DNA of 64,000 nt from Macrostomum lignano (taxonomy: Eukaryota). This document shows, one piece after another, positions 45,384 through 58,580 of the stretch (position 1 is its first letter; every line of letters begins with the position of its first letter). Location of the stretch: the NCBI GenBank assembly GCA_002269645.1, contig NIVC01000921.1, positions 310,001-374,000 of the forward strand, given 5' to 3'. The notes under the pieces are model-generated. The model saw only the letters and a program-made list of their open reading frames with translations. It had not been told where the DNA came from and made no database searches. A program made the translations under genes and the position numbers.

Positions 45384-48300
45384 ATGTCGCGCAAGTTCAC
45401 ATTTAAATCTTTTAAGTCAGGCGCCAGCGGTGACGCAGGCAATCGAAGTATATTGGACTTTACACTGACCTCGGATGCTGCTAGTAGCGAGCGGCCAGTA
45501 GGGCAGCAGAAGCAGACATTAGTCAGCAAAGCAACGTCTAACGCATCCAGCTCAAAGCCAAGCAGTCTCGGCAATCCGTTTAAACTGGTGCCAACAGCCA
45601 AGGTGCCGCCAACTCCCGTGCACCATCAGCAACAGCCGGCCGGCGGAGAGGCCTCCCGGCCAACTCTGCTGTCAAGCGTCTATGCCAGAGACTCACAGGT
45701 GGTGGATCTTCTTGCCAATCCAACATCCCAGCGGGCCCAGCAGCAGCTGTCCGCTTCAGACGCCGCGGCGATGCCTGAGCCGTCGGGCTACGAAGATGAC
45801 GCCGATTTCATCGACGACTTTGATGACGAATTCGACTTTCGAATGCCGCTATCCATTAATCGATCGGACGTGCTTTCGTCTACCACCCAGGCCGCGCCGA
45901 CAACGCCCGCTACTTCGGCGGCTGCTGTTACTGCTGCCGCACCGACAGCCGCCGCCAATTCGTTGAAGACGGCATCGAACTTCCAGCCTGTCAGCGCTGG
46001 CAACCAGCAGCAGTTGGATGCCGACGATTCTCTGCCAACGCCAATTCCAAGCACCGGCCGCAAGCGCCAGCGAATTCAGTCGGATTCGGATGACGACCAA
46101 AACGTCGGCGGCCATCGAATTGAGTTTCAAATTGACAACGACGACGACGATGATGACTTTGTTGTGGACGATGACTCCGCCGATGTGGTCGAGGAGGAGG
46201 ACGACTCGCCGCCCGACAACAACGACAGTACAGGCGATGCGGAGATCCGCCTGACGAAGCGAGTGTACAAGTCGATGCGCGGCATCTGCGTGGCGGTTCG
46301 CGACTTGCCCTCCGGCCAGCTGTTCGACGCGTTCGGCCAGTCAGCTACGGACGTCTTCCGCCTGCTTGGAGAGCTGCGCGGCCATCTAGATAGCGACGCG
46401 TCAGCTTCGACTTCAACCGTTGCTAAGCAACAGACGCCTAAAAGCGCGACAGAGGGTAAACAAAAGCCGAAGCCGGCTCAAGCGACCGCGGCTGCCGCCA
46501 CCCTGCCAGAGCCGGAGCGGAAGCCGCTGTTCAAGCGGACCCGCGGCGCCATCGACTCCAGTGGACTGGACTTTGGCATCAACGCCTCATTTTCGATGAC
46601 AGCGTCAGCTTCGGCCAGCTCTGTTGTTGGCGCATCTAAACCTGCGGTAGCTGCTGCCGTCGCTGATAAGCAGCCAATGCCGGCAATTCGTGCCTCGCTC
46701 GATTTCGACTGTCCAACCTCGAAGCCTTCGATGTTGTCAGTCAACTCGGCTGAGCCTCCCAAACCAAAAAAGACGCTGACAGCGGCCGAAGCCACCGCCG
46801 GAGATGACTACGTGCCGTTAGAGGCGCGTCAATCGAAATGGACCTCGGCCGTGGCTAACGCCGCCGTGCCCGCCCACGCCGGAGCCGCGGCCACGAAGCA
46901 GCCGGACCACTCGGCTGAATTCGGCGGCGAGGCCTATCCGCACTCGGACCGGGTGCGGCTCGCCTTCCGAGAGGTGTTCGGCTTGAAAGAGTTCCGTCGC
47001 AACCAGCTGCAGGCTATTAACGCCTGCTTGCTTGGCCACGACACGTTTGTGCTGATGCCTACGGGCGGCGGCAAGAGCCTGTGCTATCAGCTGCCAGCTG
47101 TTGTCACTGACGGCTGCACCGTGGTGGTGTCCCCTCTGCTGTCGCTCATCACCGACCAAGTTAATAAGCTGACGTCTCTAGGCATTAGAACCTACCAGCT
47201 GACTGGAGACATATCGCCGCAGCAGCAGGATCAGGTGTTTGCCATGCTCACTAATTCTAGCGGCTGTCAGGTGCAGCTGTTATATGTGACGCCTGAAAAG
47301 ATTAGCCAATCTGATAAACTGCAGCGGTGCTTCTCTGTTCTGTATCAGCGCGGCAAATTAGACAGATTTGTTATTGACGAGGCCCACTGCGTCAGCCAAT
47401 GGGGCCACGATTTTAGGCAGGATTATCGAAATTTAAATCGGCTAAGAACTTCTTTTCCAAATGTGCCAATGATGGCTTTAACTGCGACGGCTACGCCTCA
47501 GGTAGGCCCTGTGGTGCTTCTAAATGTAGTGTATTAAATGTTGTGTTGTGACAACTTTACAGTAGTCCTATAAATTGTAAATAATGGTTATAGTTTAATT
47601 GCTTCGCTCAAAACAGTGCGGCGAAATCTCAAGATACTAGATTAACTACATGTTAAGTTGTGATAAAATGGAGCGTCTACTCTGATTTCAGTTTTTAGGG
47701 TAGGTTAGGGTTAGGGACGAATGTTGGATTTAGGTTAGGGTTATTATGGTAGGTTGTGTTTAGGTTGGGGTAGGTTGAGTTTAGGTCAGAGTAGACTGGG
47801 TTTAGGGTAGGTTGGATTTAGATTAGAGTAGGTTGGGTTTAGGTTAGGGTAGGTTGGGTTTAGGTTAGGGTAGGTTGGGTTTAGGTTAGGGTAGGTTGGG
47901 TTTAGGTTAGGGTAGGTTGGGTTTAGGTTAGGGTAGACTGGGTTTAGGGTAGGTTGGATTTAGATTAGAGTTAGGTTGGGTTTGAGTTTAGGTTGGGTTT
48001 GAGTTTAGGTTGGGTTTAGGTTAGAGTTAGGTAGGGTTTGGTTTAGGCAGGCTAAGGGTTGGGGTTTCGGTTGGCGAACAATTCGTTGCTGATCTGTCGG
48101 CAGTGAAATGCTTACTATAGATATATCTGTAGATACTCGTATATAGTGGATGTGTGGATATATAATTCAATATGCCCCCCGCAGGTTCGCCTGGACATCG
48201 AGAAGCAGCTGGGCCTGCGTAAGCAGGACACTAAATGGTTCACTTCGTCGTTTAATAGGCCCAACCTGCGCTACCAAGTCGAACAGAAGCGAGGCACTAA

Positions 48301-50405
48301 AAGCGTTGACCAAGTAATTGAAACTATTAATAAATCGTATCGCAGCCAGAGCGGCATTGTCTATTGCCTGTCTAGGAAAGAGTGCGAGCAGGTGGCCACC
48401 GCCCTGTGCAAGGCGGGCATCAAGGCCCGGCCCTATCACGCCGGCCTGTCCGATACCAAGAGGCGCGAAGTGCTGCAAGACTGGCTGCAGGAGGCCACTT
48501 GTAAAGTTGTGTGCGCCACCATAGCATTCGGCATGGGCATTGATAAGGCCGACGTTCGATTCGTCATTCACTATTCTTTGCCGAAGTCTATCGAAGGCTT
48601 CTACCAGGAGGCTGGCCGAGCTGGCCGGGACGGCCGGCCGTCCACCTGCCTGCTGCTGTTCTGCTATTCGGACAAAGTCCGTCTGCAGCGCCTCATCGAA
48701 GGCGAACAGGGTGGCAGTTTTGAGACCCGGCAGATCCATCACAGCAACCTGAACAGCATGGTGTCCTACTGCATTAACGTCACCGACTGTAGGCGAGCCC
48801 AGCTGTTAACTTACTTTGGCGAGTATTTCGACAAATCCGATTGCGACGCTATGCGTGGCTGCGCCTGCGACAACTGCAATAATAGGGCCGAGTTCGAAGA
48901 GCGCGACTTTACTAAACAGGCCACCACTGTTGTTGATCTGGTGCGCCAATTGCTGGAGAGCCAGCGGATTAAACTGGCGCCCGGCCAGCTCGTGCAGTTC
49001 TTTAGGCGGCTGCAGAATGCCCGGTTGACTAGCCTGGGCCTAACTAGTCACGCCATGTACGGCAGTCTCAGCCACATTAACACCTCCGATATGGAGCGCC
49101 TAGTGCGCAAGCTAATCTGCGATCAGTACCTGGCTGAGGAGCTGGTATCCCAGGGCGACCACGTATTCACCTATGCCGTGCCTGGCCCGCGCTCTGCCCT
49201 GCTGCAGCAGCCCGGTCACCGGTTTCTGCTGGCAATCAAGGTAAGGAAGAGTTGTCTGTTGCGGTTTGGGTATTTGCATTACTGCTCCATTCCGCCCACT
49301 CCCCTGAGCAGGCACACAAGCGCGCGGATACACAGGTACACATTCACACAGGAGTGTACAGCGGCCCTAACTTTATTTATTTATCGTTAGGCATGTACAA
49401 TTCACAAGTGCCTTGGGGTTGGCCATGAAGCTTGGTGTTAATTGCTTGAGCAAACCCAAGTCGAAATTCCAATTTTTAGCTCCAAATTAGTGTGAATGTG
49501 ACTGCACTTGGAATCGAGCCTGCGCCGCTAGTACATAAGAGCGCCGCGCTACATCACCGGGCTACGGTACCCCCCCCCCCCCTATTAGCGGTACTCACTC
49601 AACATTAATCGTTAATCGCGATAAAGCTAACGAGCTTAACAATCACAGGCCCTAGTAGGACTCTGACTTATGGATATGAAAAATCTAAGCGAAAAATCCT
49701 ACTGATCAGTGTGTGCAACCTAAGACCCCCCGCCTATAATTATCCCCGACGCCGCAGGTGTCCAACCGAGCCGCGGCAGCCAATCAGGACGACAAGAAGC
49801 CAATGGACAAGTACGCCCAGGCCAAGGAGAGCTGCTTGAACGATCTAACCAAGATAGCCAAAGAGTTGGCCATGGACAAGGGCGTGAAGAACTACACTAA
49901 CGTGTTCCCTACTGAGTGCCTGCGCGAGATTGCCGAGCGCCTGCCAACCACAGTGACAGAATTGCTAACCATCACCGGCATGACCCAAGCCAAGGTGGAA
50001 AATCTTGGCGCTGATAAATTCCTAATCACTACTCAGGACTACCTACTGCTAACTGAGACTATGCGAGCCGAGGAGCGCGAGGCCGAGGAGAAGGCGCGAA
50101 GGCTGGCCGCCCAGTCCGCTCCAGTCGCCATGTCCGCTAGCGGCTCCGGCGGCGGTGGCGCCAGCGGCAACCGGTCCAAGTACTTTGCCGGCCGGAAGTG
50201 GCGCAAAGGTCGGGGTGCCGGCAGGCAGCGAAAAGCGGCGTCAACTTCCGGCGGCGGTGGCGCCAGTGCTTCCGGCAGCAGCTCGACTGGCGCTTCCGGT
50301 TCCGGCTGGTTGAGTAAAAAATCCGGCGTTGGCGCTGCTGGCAAGAAGCCGCAGTTTCTCAATTTAAAACAGGGTCGCGCATTTGCGGCCGCTGCCAGAA
50401 AATGA
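45384..50405 (+). CDS. BLM: Bloom syndrome RecQ helicase homolog. Exons 45384-47501, 48185-49240, 49758-50405
   Basis: Long acidic, low-complexity N-terminus. RecQ motifs [80 protein letters not shown]. Zn-binding [12 protein letters not shown]...CDNC, winged-helix region, HRDC-like exon 3, and basic C-terminal tail with SKYF. GT-AG, all phase 0. Confidence 0.93.
47693..48062 (+). repeat. G-rich telomere-like 21-bp repeat (GGTTAGGGTAGGTTGGGTTTA) in BLM intron 1
   Basis: Several exact units at about 47830-47935, flanked by degenerate GGTTAG/GGGTTTAG variants. Confidence 0.9.
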
Positions 50406-51744
50406 ATTGTGTTTCTGGTTGCATTTCCTGAGAATTAGAAGCAATATTCCCTGGCTGTACATTATCGAATTTAAATGTTCCCTTAACTGATGACTTAGCA
50501 AACATACAAATGTATTGTCAATCGAAATTTGGGTCTGCCTTAAAATTTTCCACTAATTTGATTTGTTCCCAGCAATCCTTTTAGTCAAAGCCTCGAGCAG
50601 TATGTTTCAAACAAATATTTGAAATTGCCCGAAACAAATACTTCTAATCTGGATATTATAAATGGCTATGAAAAAAACAATCAAATCTTGTTCTAGATTT
50701 GAAATATTTTCTATAATTAAGCATTATGAAATTATGCATTTGTAGTGCTAACTTACCATCTGATTCTCAAGAATTCCCAGCATTTCTTACTCAGCCCGTT
50801 AGTTTAAAAGCATTTTTGCATCTCAGTCTCCATCAAACCTATTTCGTGCTTTTTTTGTCTCAGATTTATACACTCGCTTTCTGTTGCTTGTTCTGTTCAT
50901 GCTTCCTGCCATTTTTATTCAATTTCTGTAATTTAAAACAGGTGTAAAGTTTTTTATCGCTATTTAATCTAATGTGATTTTTGGTCTTGCTAGCTAACTC
51001 GTTTATTACGTTTAAGTCGGTCTTTGCTGCTATTTTAAATTCAATTCACATTTAGAACATTTAGCTCCGTTTAATCATCAAAATCTTACTAAACAATATT
51101 GCATTTATTATTGATGCGGTGATGTTAGATTCATCTTGTTTCCTGTATTGTAGGTTTAATTCTTAACGGGAGACTGCTAATTTGGTTCGATTGCCTAGAA
51201 CCGCATACTACTTTCTATCTTGTGTGTTTTCATTCATTACTCACATAATGCCTCGTAAAAACAAACTGTAATTTTGTTAATTTATTACATGCTTAGGCCA
51301 AAAAATAATATTTCAAAATAAAAATTCTTACAGACAAAAAACTACAGCTTGTCAGTAAGACTGATATTTAAAAGTATTTGAATGAGATTTGAATGTTGAA
51401 ATTAAATTTAAAGCTTTTGACGTGATTGATCATAGAACGAATCAACAATTCTGAAAAAGTCGAAATCGACTTTTCAAAAAAGCAGTGTAGTATGGCTACT
51501 TACTACAATACAAATAAGACTTGCTCCCAGAGTTAAAACTTTTACGCTACTGCAGACTTTCAAAGTTTAGGAGCTTGATCGTCCCCTCAAACGCGCTAGG
51601 TTAGGGTAAGTATGTATTAATACATGCACATGTATCTTCGTCAAGGAGCACTTTTGTGCAGTCAGTCAATACTTGACAAAGAGGACGATGTACACGTATG
51701 GTTAAATTATAAACACAAATGCATAGTTTTTAACTGGGTGGGAA

Positions 51745-51784
51745 CCAAGGACCACTGTACATAGCTATATACAGTGGTCCTTGG
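51745..51784. other. 40-bp near-perfect palindrome flanked by a direct repeat
   Basis: TGGGAA|CCAAGGACCACTGTA-C-ATAGCTAT-A-TACAGTGGTCCTTGG|TGGGAA. Confidence 0.9.
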
Positions 51785-52359
51785 TGGGAACCCTGGCTAG
51801 GAAAACAGGCCCCTTTGGTAGTACTATAATTCTTACCAAATTTAACTAAAGCTAAAAGTTCTGAAGAGCAAAATTTCTTTAACTTTAAATATGTTTCTGC
51901 CAGAAATTGCAAGCACTGTTTAAATAATTTAATCTGTTGACGTAGCTAAATTATGTTATAGTGCAATGATATTTTAATTTCTGTTTCTACGAATTACGGT
52001 CTTTACAAAAATTAAAACTGACTTGTGAGCGATTGTAAAATGTAGGACTACTTGCAGTTAAGTTAGTTACATTTTAATCACATTCTGTATTCTGATTACT
52101 TACTAACCACTGCAACTTATCATCAAGCGTGGTTCACGTATGCATTGCTTGTTAATCTTATCAGCATTTGGAAATAATTTAATGAAACTTGCATAATTTT
52201 TTACTGTTACTACCATTTAATTTATTGGGTCTATTAGACCTAGGGCCTAGTTTAATAGTTGCATTTTTTCATAATATATTATGTAATTATGCACCATGAC
52301 TATAATTGTATATACTATATAGTGTTAGGGCCTATTATAGACCTATTGTCACCCATAGT

Positions 52360-53370
52360 CAGTGATGGGCACCACTAAATTATTTTTAGCGCCACTAATT
52401 AGCACTGTCGCTAACTGATAGAAGAAAAAAATTAGTGATTGCTAATTAGTGGGCGCTATTTCTACTTTGAATTTAGCGCAATTAGCACTGCTAATTTTGA
52501 AGTGCACTGATTAATAAATATATTTTTAAGATAATATTTAATATAAATTTATTTAATATAAACAGCCATTTCACATGTATTTAATGCATTTTTGCACATT
52601 TTTAACTCACATGTTTTAAATGAATAATGTATAATGCTTTTGCTATAATTTGTTTTTATTTATCAATCCTAATAAAAAATCCTCAAGCCACGGAACTGTC
52701 AAAGCAATAGTTGGTGGAAATAGTTCCTAAATTACTATGTTTTTTGCCTTGAAAATGTCAAGGGCCCTTGCTACTGGGGCCATGGCCTTCTTATACTCAA
52801 GAAAGAAGGCAAGATCATCAGTGAAACATTGATATGGGATTTATTAACCCCACCATCACCCTGTTGATATAGTCTGTTGCTTTGCATCAACGCTTAGAAT
52901 ACTGTATTAACTGAGTTGAATGTTGAATTCTTTGATTAAATTATCAAATTAAATTAAATTAATCAACAACTTTTTGCTAACAAATTAAAAGTAGTAAGAA
53001 AACTTTTGAAAGTCAATGACAAAAACAAGATCAATTGTGGATAACAAAAGCAAAAAAAGATATTCAAATTTCGTTTCACATTTCTAAGAAAATTAAAAAC
53101 ATTAGAGATATTATAGCCTATAGGTGGATTTAGATAATTTTTAACTTATTACTTAAATGGGGTCTTATTTTAAGTATTAAACAGGCATTAACCATCTAGT
53201 TTTATAGCAAAAAATGAATTTAGTGCAGTTAGCCATTTTTAGAAAATATTAGTAGCGCTTTGATAGTGCCCACTAACTGGAATTTCAATTTAGTAGAATT
53301 AGTGGCGCTAACAAAACATTAGTGGCGCTTTAGTGGAATTCAAATTTAGTAGCGCTAGTGCCCATCACTG
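52360..53370. mobile_element. 1011-bp non-autonomous hAT-type element
   Basis: 13-bp TIR CAGTGATGGGCAC / GTGCCCATCACTG and 8-bp TSD CCCATAGT (52352-52359 / 53371-53378). Subterminal TAGTGGCGCT-type motifs occur in inverted orientation at the two ends. Confidence 0.9.
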
Positions 53371-54900
53371 CCCATAGTCAGGAAGATAGCCTTTTTCACG
53401 AAAATTCTGGCACAAAAAGGGTTTGGACCCATAGTCAGGATGATGTATATTATGCCAGAAATTTCCAGCGTACAATTAAAAATTTTACTTTTTTGGCGTA
53501 TAATTGGCATAAAAAACAAGGCAAAATATATTTGGCATACCTTTTGGCATGACGCTGTGGTGTAAATAAATTGTTGGCATAATGCCATAACCTCAGAATC
53601 TTATTATAAAATCATAAAAACCATTAAACTTATAAGATGAAAGTTCAAATTTAAAAATTTAAAATTCCATGCAAACTAATTGTGTAATTTTCTAAAAAAC
53701 TTAATCAAAAACTAGTGCATTGTATTTGGTGAATGAAGCGGGTAAAGTAGAGGTGTTTATAAAGTAGGCAAAAATGTGTAACAAGCAAAAAAGGTCATTT
53801 ATTGTCATAAAGCCTAGAAAACCTGGCCTAAGTTCCTAGGACCTTGGCATACATTTCAGTATAAAGTGGCATAGATTTTTTAGGGGACTTTTTATTCTAG
53901 CGTATACCATGATATGATCCTGACTATAGCGTTGGACATGCGCTGCACTGGCACATTCTGGTGCAAAAGCAGGCAAGGGAAAAAAATCCGGCACAGTATG
54001 GCGCAGGACAAAAAATTGGCACAATTTGATGCAAGAAAAATCTTCCAATGAGACAATATTTTCTCTAACAGAAAATTAGCATATAGAATTTCTTGTTATT
54101 AGTACTTTTTGTTTGCTAGTGTATTGATGGCTTTTTAATTAATTTACATTAATATGCATTTTCTATGAAACTGATTTAAATACAAGTTTTACTGCCAACT
54201 GGTATTTTTTATATGGAAAATTACTTGTTTTTGCATTTTTTTAAAGTTGTGGTATACAGCGCAAGCAAACTTTTTTGATAAAAATAGTTCCTATGCATGG
54301 CGCAAGCCAAAGTTAGAAAGGCAGTAAATTTCACTGAATTTTCCGGCATAAATTGGCCATTTCTCTAGCATACTCGGTGCATTTGGTGCAAAAGGATAAA
54401 TGATATCCTGCAACTTGGCACAGTTGGTGCATAGGATAGATTCCATTGATCAGTAAATAATAATATAATCAAGCAGCCTTTGTGATAGGCCTATATATTT
54501 CTTGTATTTTCAGATATTTTGTTATTACAACTATAGTAACTTTAACAACAATTGGTCATTTACCTAACAAAATTTTATAGAACTTTTACAACAATTGTTA
54601 ATTTACTTAATAAAATTTATGGAACTTTGACAAAAAAGTTATTTTTTAATGAACATTTAAACAAATTCATAAACAGCATTTTTAACTATTCTAAGTACCG
54701 GTGCATGGCCCAAAGAAAAAAATTGCTTTGGCGCATGGTACATTAAAAAAAAATAGGGGAAATTTATTCTGGCGCACATGGCATACCTTCCTGACTATGG
54801 GGCGCAAGCAAACCTTTTTGATAAGATTTTTTCAGCTCATGGTGCAATCAAACTTTTTTGATAAAATTCATTTCAGCGTAGGCATGCTATGATCCTGACT
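53371..54900. mobile_element. Degenerate element with inverted CCCATAGTCAGGA motifs (host of the hAT insertion)
   Basis: CCCATAGTCAGGA at 53371 and about 53428. Reverse-complement forms (T)CCTGACTAT at about 53918, 54790 and 54893. Many TGGCATA/TATGCCA motifs. Ends are not defined. Confidence 0.4.
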
Positions 54901-56120
54901 GTAGATTGTCACTTATGTATTATTATTGTATGCAGGGCCTACGGTATGGCCAAATAATAGGCCCTAAAAAATTCAGGTTAGATGGCTCACTTTTCTTGGA
55001 AAATAAATAAAGAGGCTAAAAATCAACATATAGGTTGTTAAAATGCATTTAGGAAGGTGCATTGTTTGCATTAGTGCAGTTTCATTTGTGAAATTATTTT
55101 CTATTGAATTTGTGCCAGTTCCAATGATTAGTAATGCTAATGACATTTTAATGTCACAGTCACGTCAGTATATTTAATGTCATATATTTCACAAAATCAT
55201 TTTTATTTGAATTTATGCCAGTGCCAAGAATTTAATTTGATGATTTGTATGATAAAGATGTGGCAAAAAGTCTACCTTGTAAGTTATCTATGGCCCAAAG
55301 GTGTGGTGTCTCATGCAGTCTGATAATTGCTGAGTGGGAAAAGGGGAATAGCAGAAAGCATTTTTACAGTCTATTTTTTCTAAAGCAAAAAGTATTCTTA
55401 TAAGTATATCTTATCACTTTGACCAAAAATGGCTAGATGTCCACCTAGGCCACCTAGGCCAATAGTTGATCCATAACTATACACTATACATATACTAAAC
55501 TAGGCCTACAAACTCCTTTTCAAGTTTACAGTTGTGTTTATTGTTATAAACAAACCAACAAATGTTTTACATGTTACAACAGTTTCTTGCACTACTAGGA
55601 ATAAGAAAATAAAATTAAAATTATTAGTTTTGCTAAATTCAATAGAAAAAAATTGTGAATCAAACTACACTAGTACCGCATTGTCAGGTATATTGTTTAA
55701 AACCCATAGTCTTAGATCATGCTAGATGCATGCTTGAATAGAAATTGAATAGTTACAAATGCATGTCTAAAAAATTAAGTGCATGCCCACACTCTCAAAT
55801 CTAGGCTAGTATTGCAGTAATAAATGACCTTTTTTGCATTGCAATAGTAAATGGCCTTTTGCCTTGCATAAAAAGATTATTACTCACTAAGCTTATTCAA
55901 CTAATAATTTAGCTGATTATTTATCTTTCTTGCTTACTATAATATTCATTATAGAAAATCAATATGCTGAAACATTTTTTCAAGGACTACTTAAGAAGGA
56001 CTGAATAGGGCCCATTCCAAGTTTGTGAAAAAAAAAATTTGAAGGCCAAATTATGCAGTTGTGCCATGTCTAAACAGATTGATAAAATGAGTAGATTTTT
56101 GCTCAGGATATAGTTTCATA

Positions 56121-56287
56121 CAGTGGCAGATCCAGAGGGGGGGCAGGGGGGTGGCTGCCCCCCCTCTTTTGCCATGGCTGAACTTGCATGTAAATGGGGA
56201 GTATTGCAATTTTTGGCTTATTTTGGGCTAACCCAAAAAGTTAAGCCAATCCACCCCCCTACTTTCAAAATCCTGGATCTGCCACTG
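56121..56287. mobile_element. 167-bp hAT-type MITE
   Basis: 15-bp TIR CAGTGGCAGATCCAG / CTGGATCTGCCACTG and 8-bp TSD GTTTCATA (56113-56120 / 56288-56295). Confidence 0.93.
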
Positions 56288-57147
56288 GTTTCATATGCTT
56301 TTTTTGATTGCTGCATGGGCTTTTATTTATTCTTCCCAGAATACAAAAAATGACTTTTTAGTATAGTACCCCATAGATTGCATGCCTTTCAATACAAAAT
56401 CTTTACTTCTTTTTGGCAATAAAAAGTAACATATACCACATTTATTAACCAATAAAAATAAGTAATGCTCACAGTCAGTTCAATTAGCTAACCTTTTGAC
56501 TTTGAAGTTAAGTTAGTGCCAAGAAACAAGAGGATTGTTTTAGGTCATGAGTAAAAATGGGATACAAAAAGTAATGTATTTATGAAATACAATTGGAAAC
56601 AAGTAGATAAATAGTAGATATTAGAAATAATTAGAGATATTTGAAATATTGACTAGACAAAGCTCCAATCTAAATTCCACTAAAGTTATTGCAAGAGAGA
56701 TATAAAGACAATTTTTGGCTATTGCTATCAATGAAAACATAAATAATGTCAACTCATTCTAAGAACATCACAAAAACAATTGAATTTCACAGATCAGTAA
56801 AAATAATATTGCTTAAAAAACTATACACAAATAAATTTTTAATGATAATTAGCAACATTCAAACAAAAATTAATTCATGGAAACAAAATATAGTATGGCA
56901 TATTAATTAAGCAGATTATGAGACTTTAAGAATAGACTGCTGCTTTGAAGAATATTTATCTATTCAAGGATCCTGTCACAATTGGGCCATCATAATCCCA
57001 ACCCACCTTAAAGTTTAGTCTTTGAACTAATAGACATAAAAAACTCCATTGTACAATTAAAACAATATAGAAGTAGAATTTATTATTATAGTTATCCTAG
57101 GAACTAATTCTGTCAATGGCATTGAATGGGTCTCAACAGATCCATTT

Positions 57148-57321
57148 CAGTTCTCAACCTTTTTTTCAGGCAACCCTAATTTATTCACTTGCCTTATTTT
57201 TTAATGCTTGCAACCCCTTAATAATCAATATAATGCATCATTAAGTATGATGTACTCACACATTTCTTAGTGCTGCGACCCTGAGAAAATGGTCACGCGA
57301 CCCATAGGTTGAGAACAATTG
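57148..57321. mobile_element. Old hAT-like MITE remnant
   Basis: GTTCTCAACCT ... AGGTTGAGAAC inverted ends with internal GCAACCC/GCGACCC motifs. No TSD seen. Confidence 0.45.
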
Positions 57322-57559
57322 GTCTAACTCATCTGCAACTTGGGCTTGCTGACTTAGTAGTACCCCACACTTTGTAGCTCTTTTGCTCCTTAATGATAGT
57401 AATGCAAGCTGAGTTATAACATCAACATGTAATATAATTAACATAAATATATTGGATAAGCATAAATGCAATTAATAACCTTGTAAATTAGGAAAAAAAC
57501 ATCTTGATGCAGTTTGTTGCAATGTACTTTGTCAAAAGCTAGGGAAGATATTAGAAGGA

Positions 57560-57784
57560 TCAATGGGATATAGAAACTGCTTCACTTTCATTGGGGTTAT
57601 GTGGCCAATGTGATTTATAGACCCCCATGGCTTTGAAATTGCCTGAAATAGTTATAAAGAAATGAAAGTATATTCTCATATTGGAACATTCATGTTCATC
57701 GTTGGGAAATCCAAAGTCTATTGTCTTAGTATTGTGCTTAGTATAATTCCTTTTGCAACCTAGTATGCAACATTTAGTTGGCAT
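57560..57784 (-). pseudogene. THAP-domain-like fragment, possible P-element-type transposase remnant
   Basis: MPTKCCILGCKRNY...FGFP...HWP matches the N-terminal C-x4-C, FP and late His pattern of THAP zinc fingers. The conserved Trp and the third Cys are not evident. No downstream transposase. Confidence 0.5.
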
Positions 57785-58333
57785 CAAACAATTTGCTTAG
57801 CAATTAGTTGACACCCAGAATTTCAAAGTGCTAAAATGTGGATATAAAATATCAATATAGTTTACCTGTTGCAGCTGAATTATTATGGCCTACTAAATTT
57901 TAGAAGACCAAGAAATAAAATAGTGAATATGAAATGCAATTAAATGATAATAATACTTTTTTTTTAGCTATACAATCCTTAAAAAGTATATTCATTATAT
58001 ACTAAAGATAGAATGATGATTATAACTATAAATAAAATATAGAATTATTTTCATAAGAAATATATAGAGGCATGGAGCCTTAATATGCAACATTTTGACT
58101 TGCAATATATTGTTCAACCTAAAAGAAAAGTATTAAGCCACTTTGGCCACATTACTCTTTATTACTTTCTTAAACTGTTTACTAAGAAAAATAATTGGAA
58201 AAGTCAATTTTGAATAACAATTTTATTTATCTAAACCATGTCTGCAACTATTGGCATTGGTAGTTAGGTAAGTAGTTAGGCAGGTAGGCTATTGAAAACT
58301 CTATAACTTTCTCATAGTTTATAGCAATAGGTA

Positions 58334-58580
58334 CATACATGCACAACAGTTGGCCGAGTCGGCTCACCAATTTGGCAGCCAACCAAGGTAAGTTGCAAAA
58401 ATGCCCACCTGAATAAATACCCAAGTAGTACTAAGTAGATAACGAGACATTTTGCCTTAATAAGACAATCATAGTTACTCCTGCCGTTTACCCAAACTTG
58501 AGTTAATTTTGCTTTAGTGTTTCTTTTACATGTAAGTTGCATTTTTTGGCCAAAAACTATGTCACATTTTTGTTCATTAA
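58334..58580 (+). mobile_element. Diverged, truncated copy of the MITE found in the Helitron gene
   Basis: CATACATGCACAACAGTTGGCCGAGTCGG...GTAGTACTAAGTAG...TAGTTACTCCTGCCGTTTACCCAAA...TTTTTGGCCAAAAACTA aligns with the reverse complement of 40864-40600. The second TIR is not found. Confidence 0.85.

Noticed and set aside
45251-50362. Antisense and alternative-frame ORFs over BLM (likewise over the kinase, Helitron and MiT exons)
   Set aside because: Expected shadows of GC-rich coding sequence, with no independent motifs.
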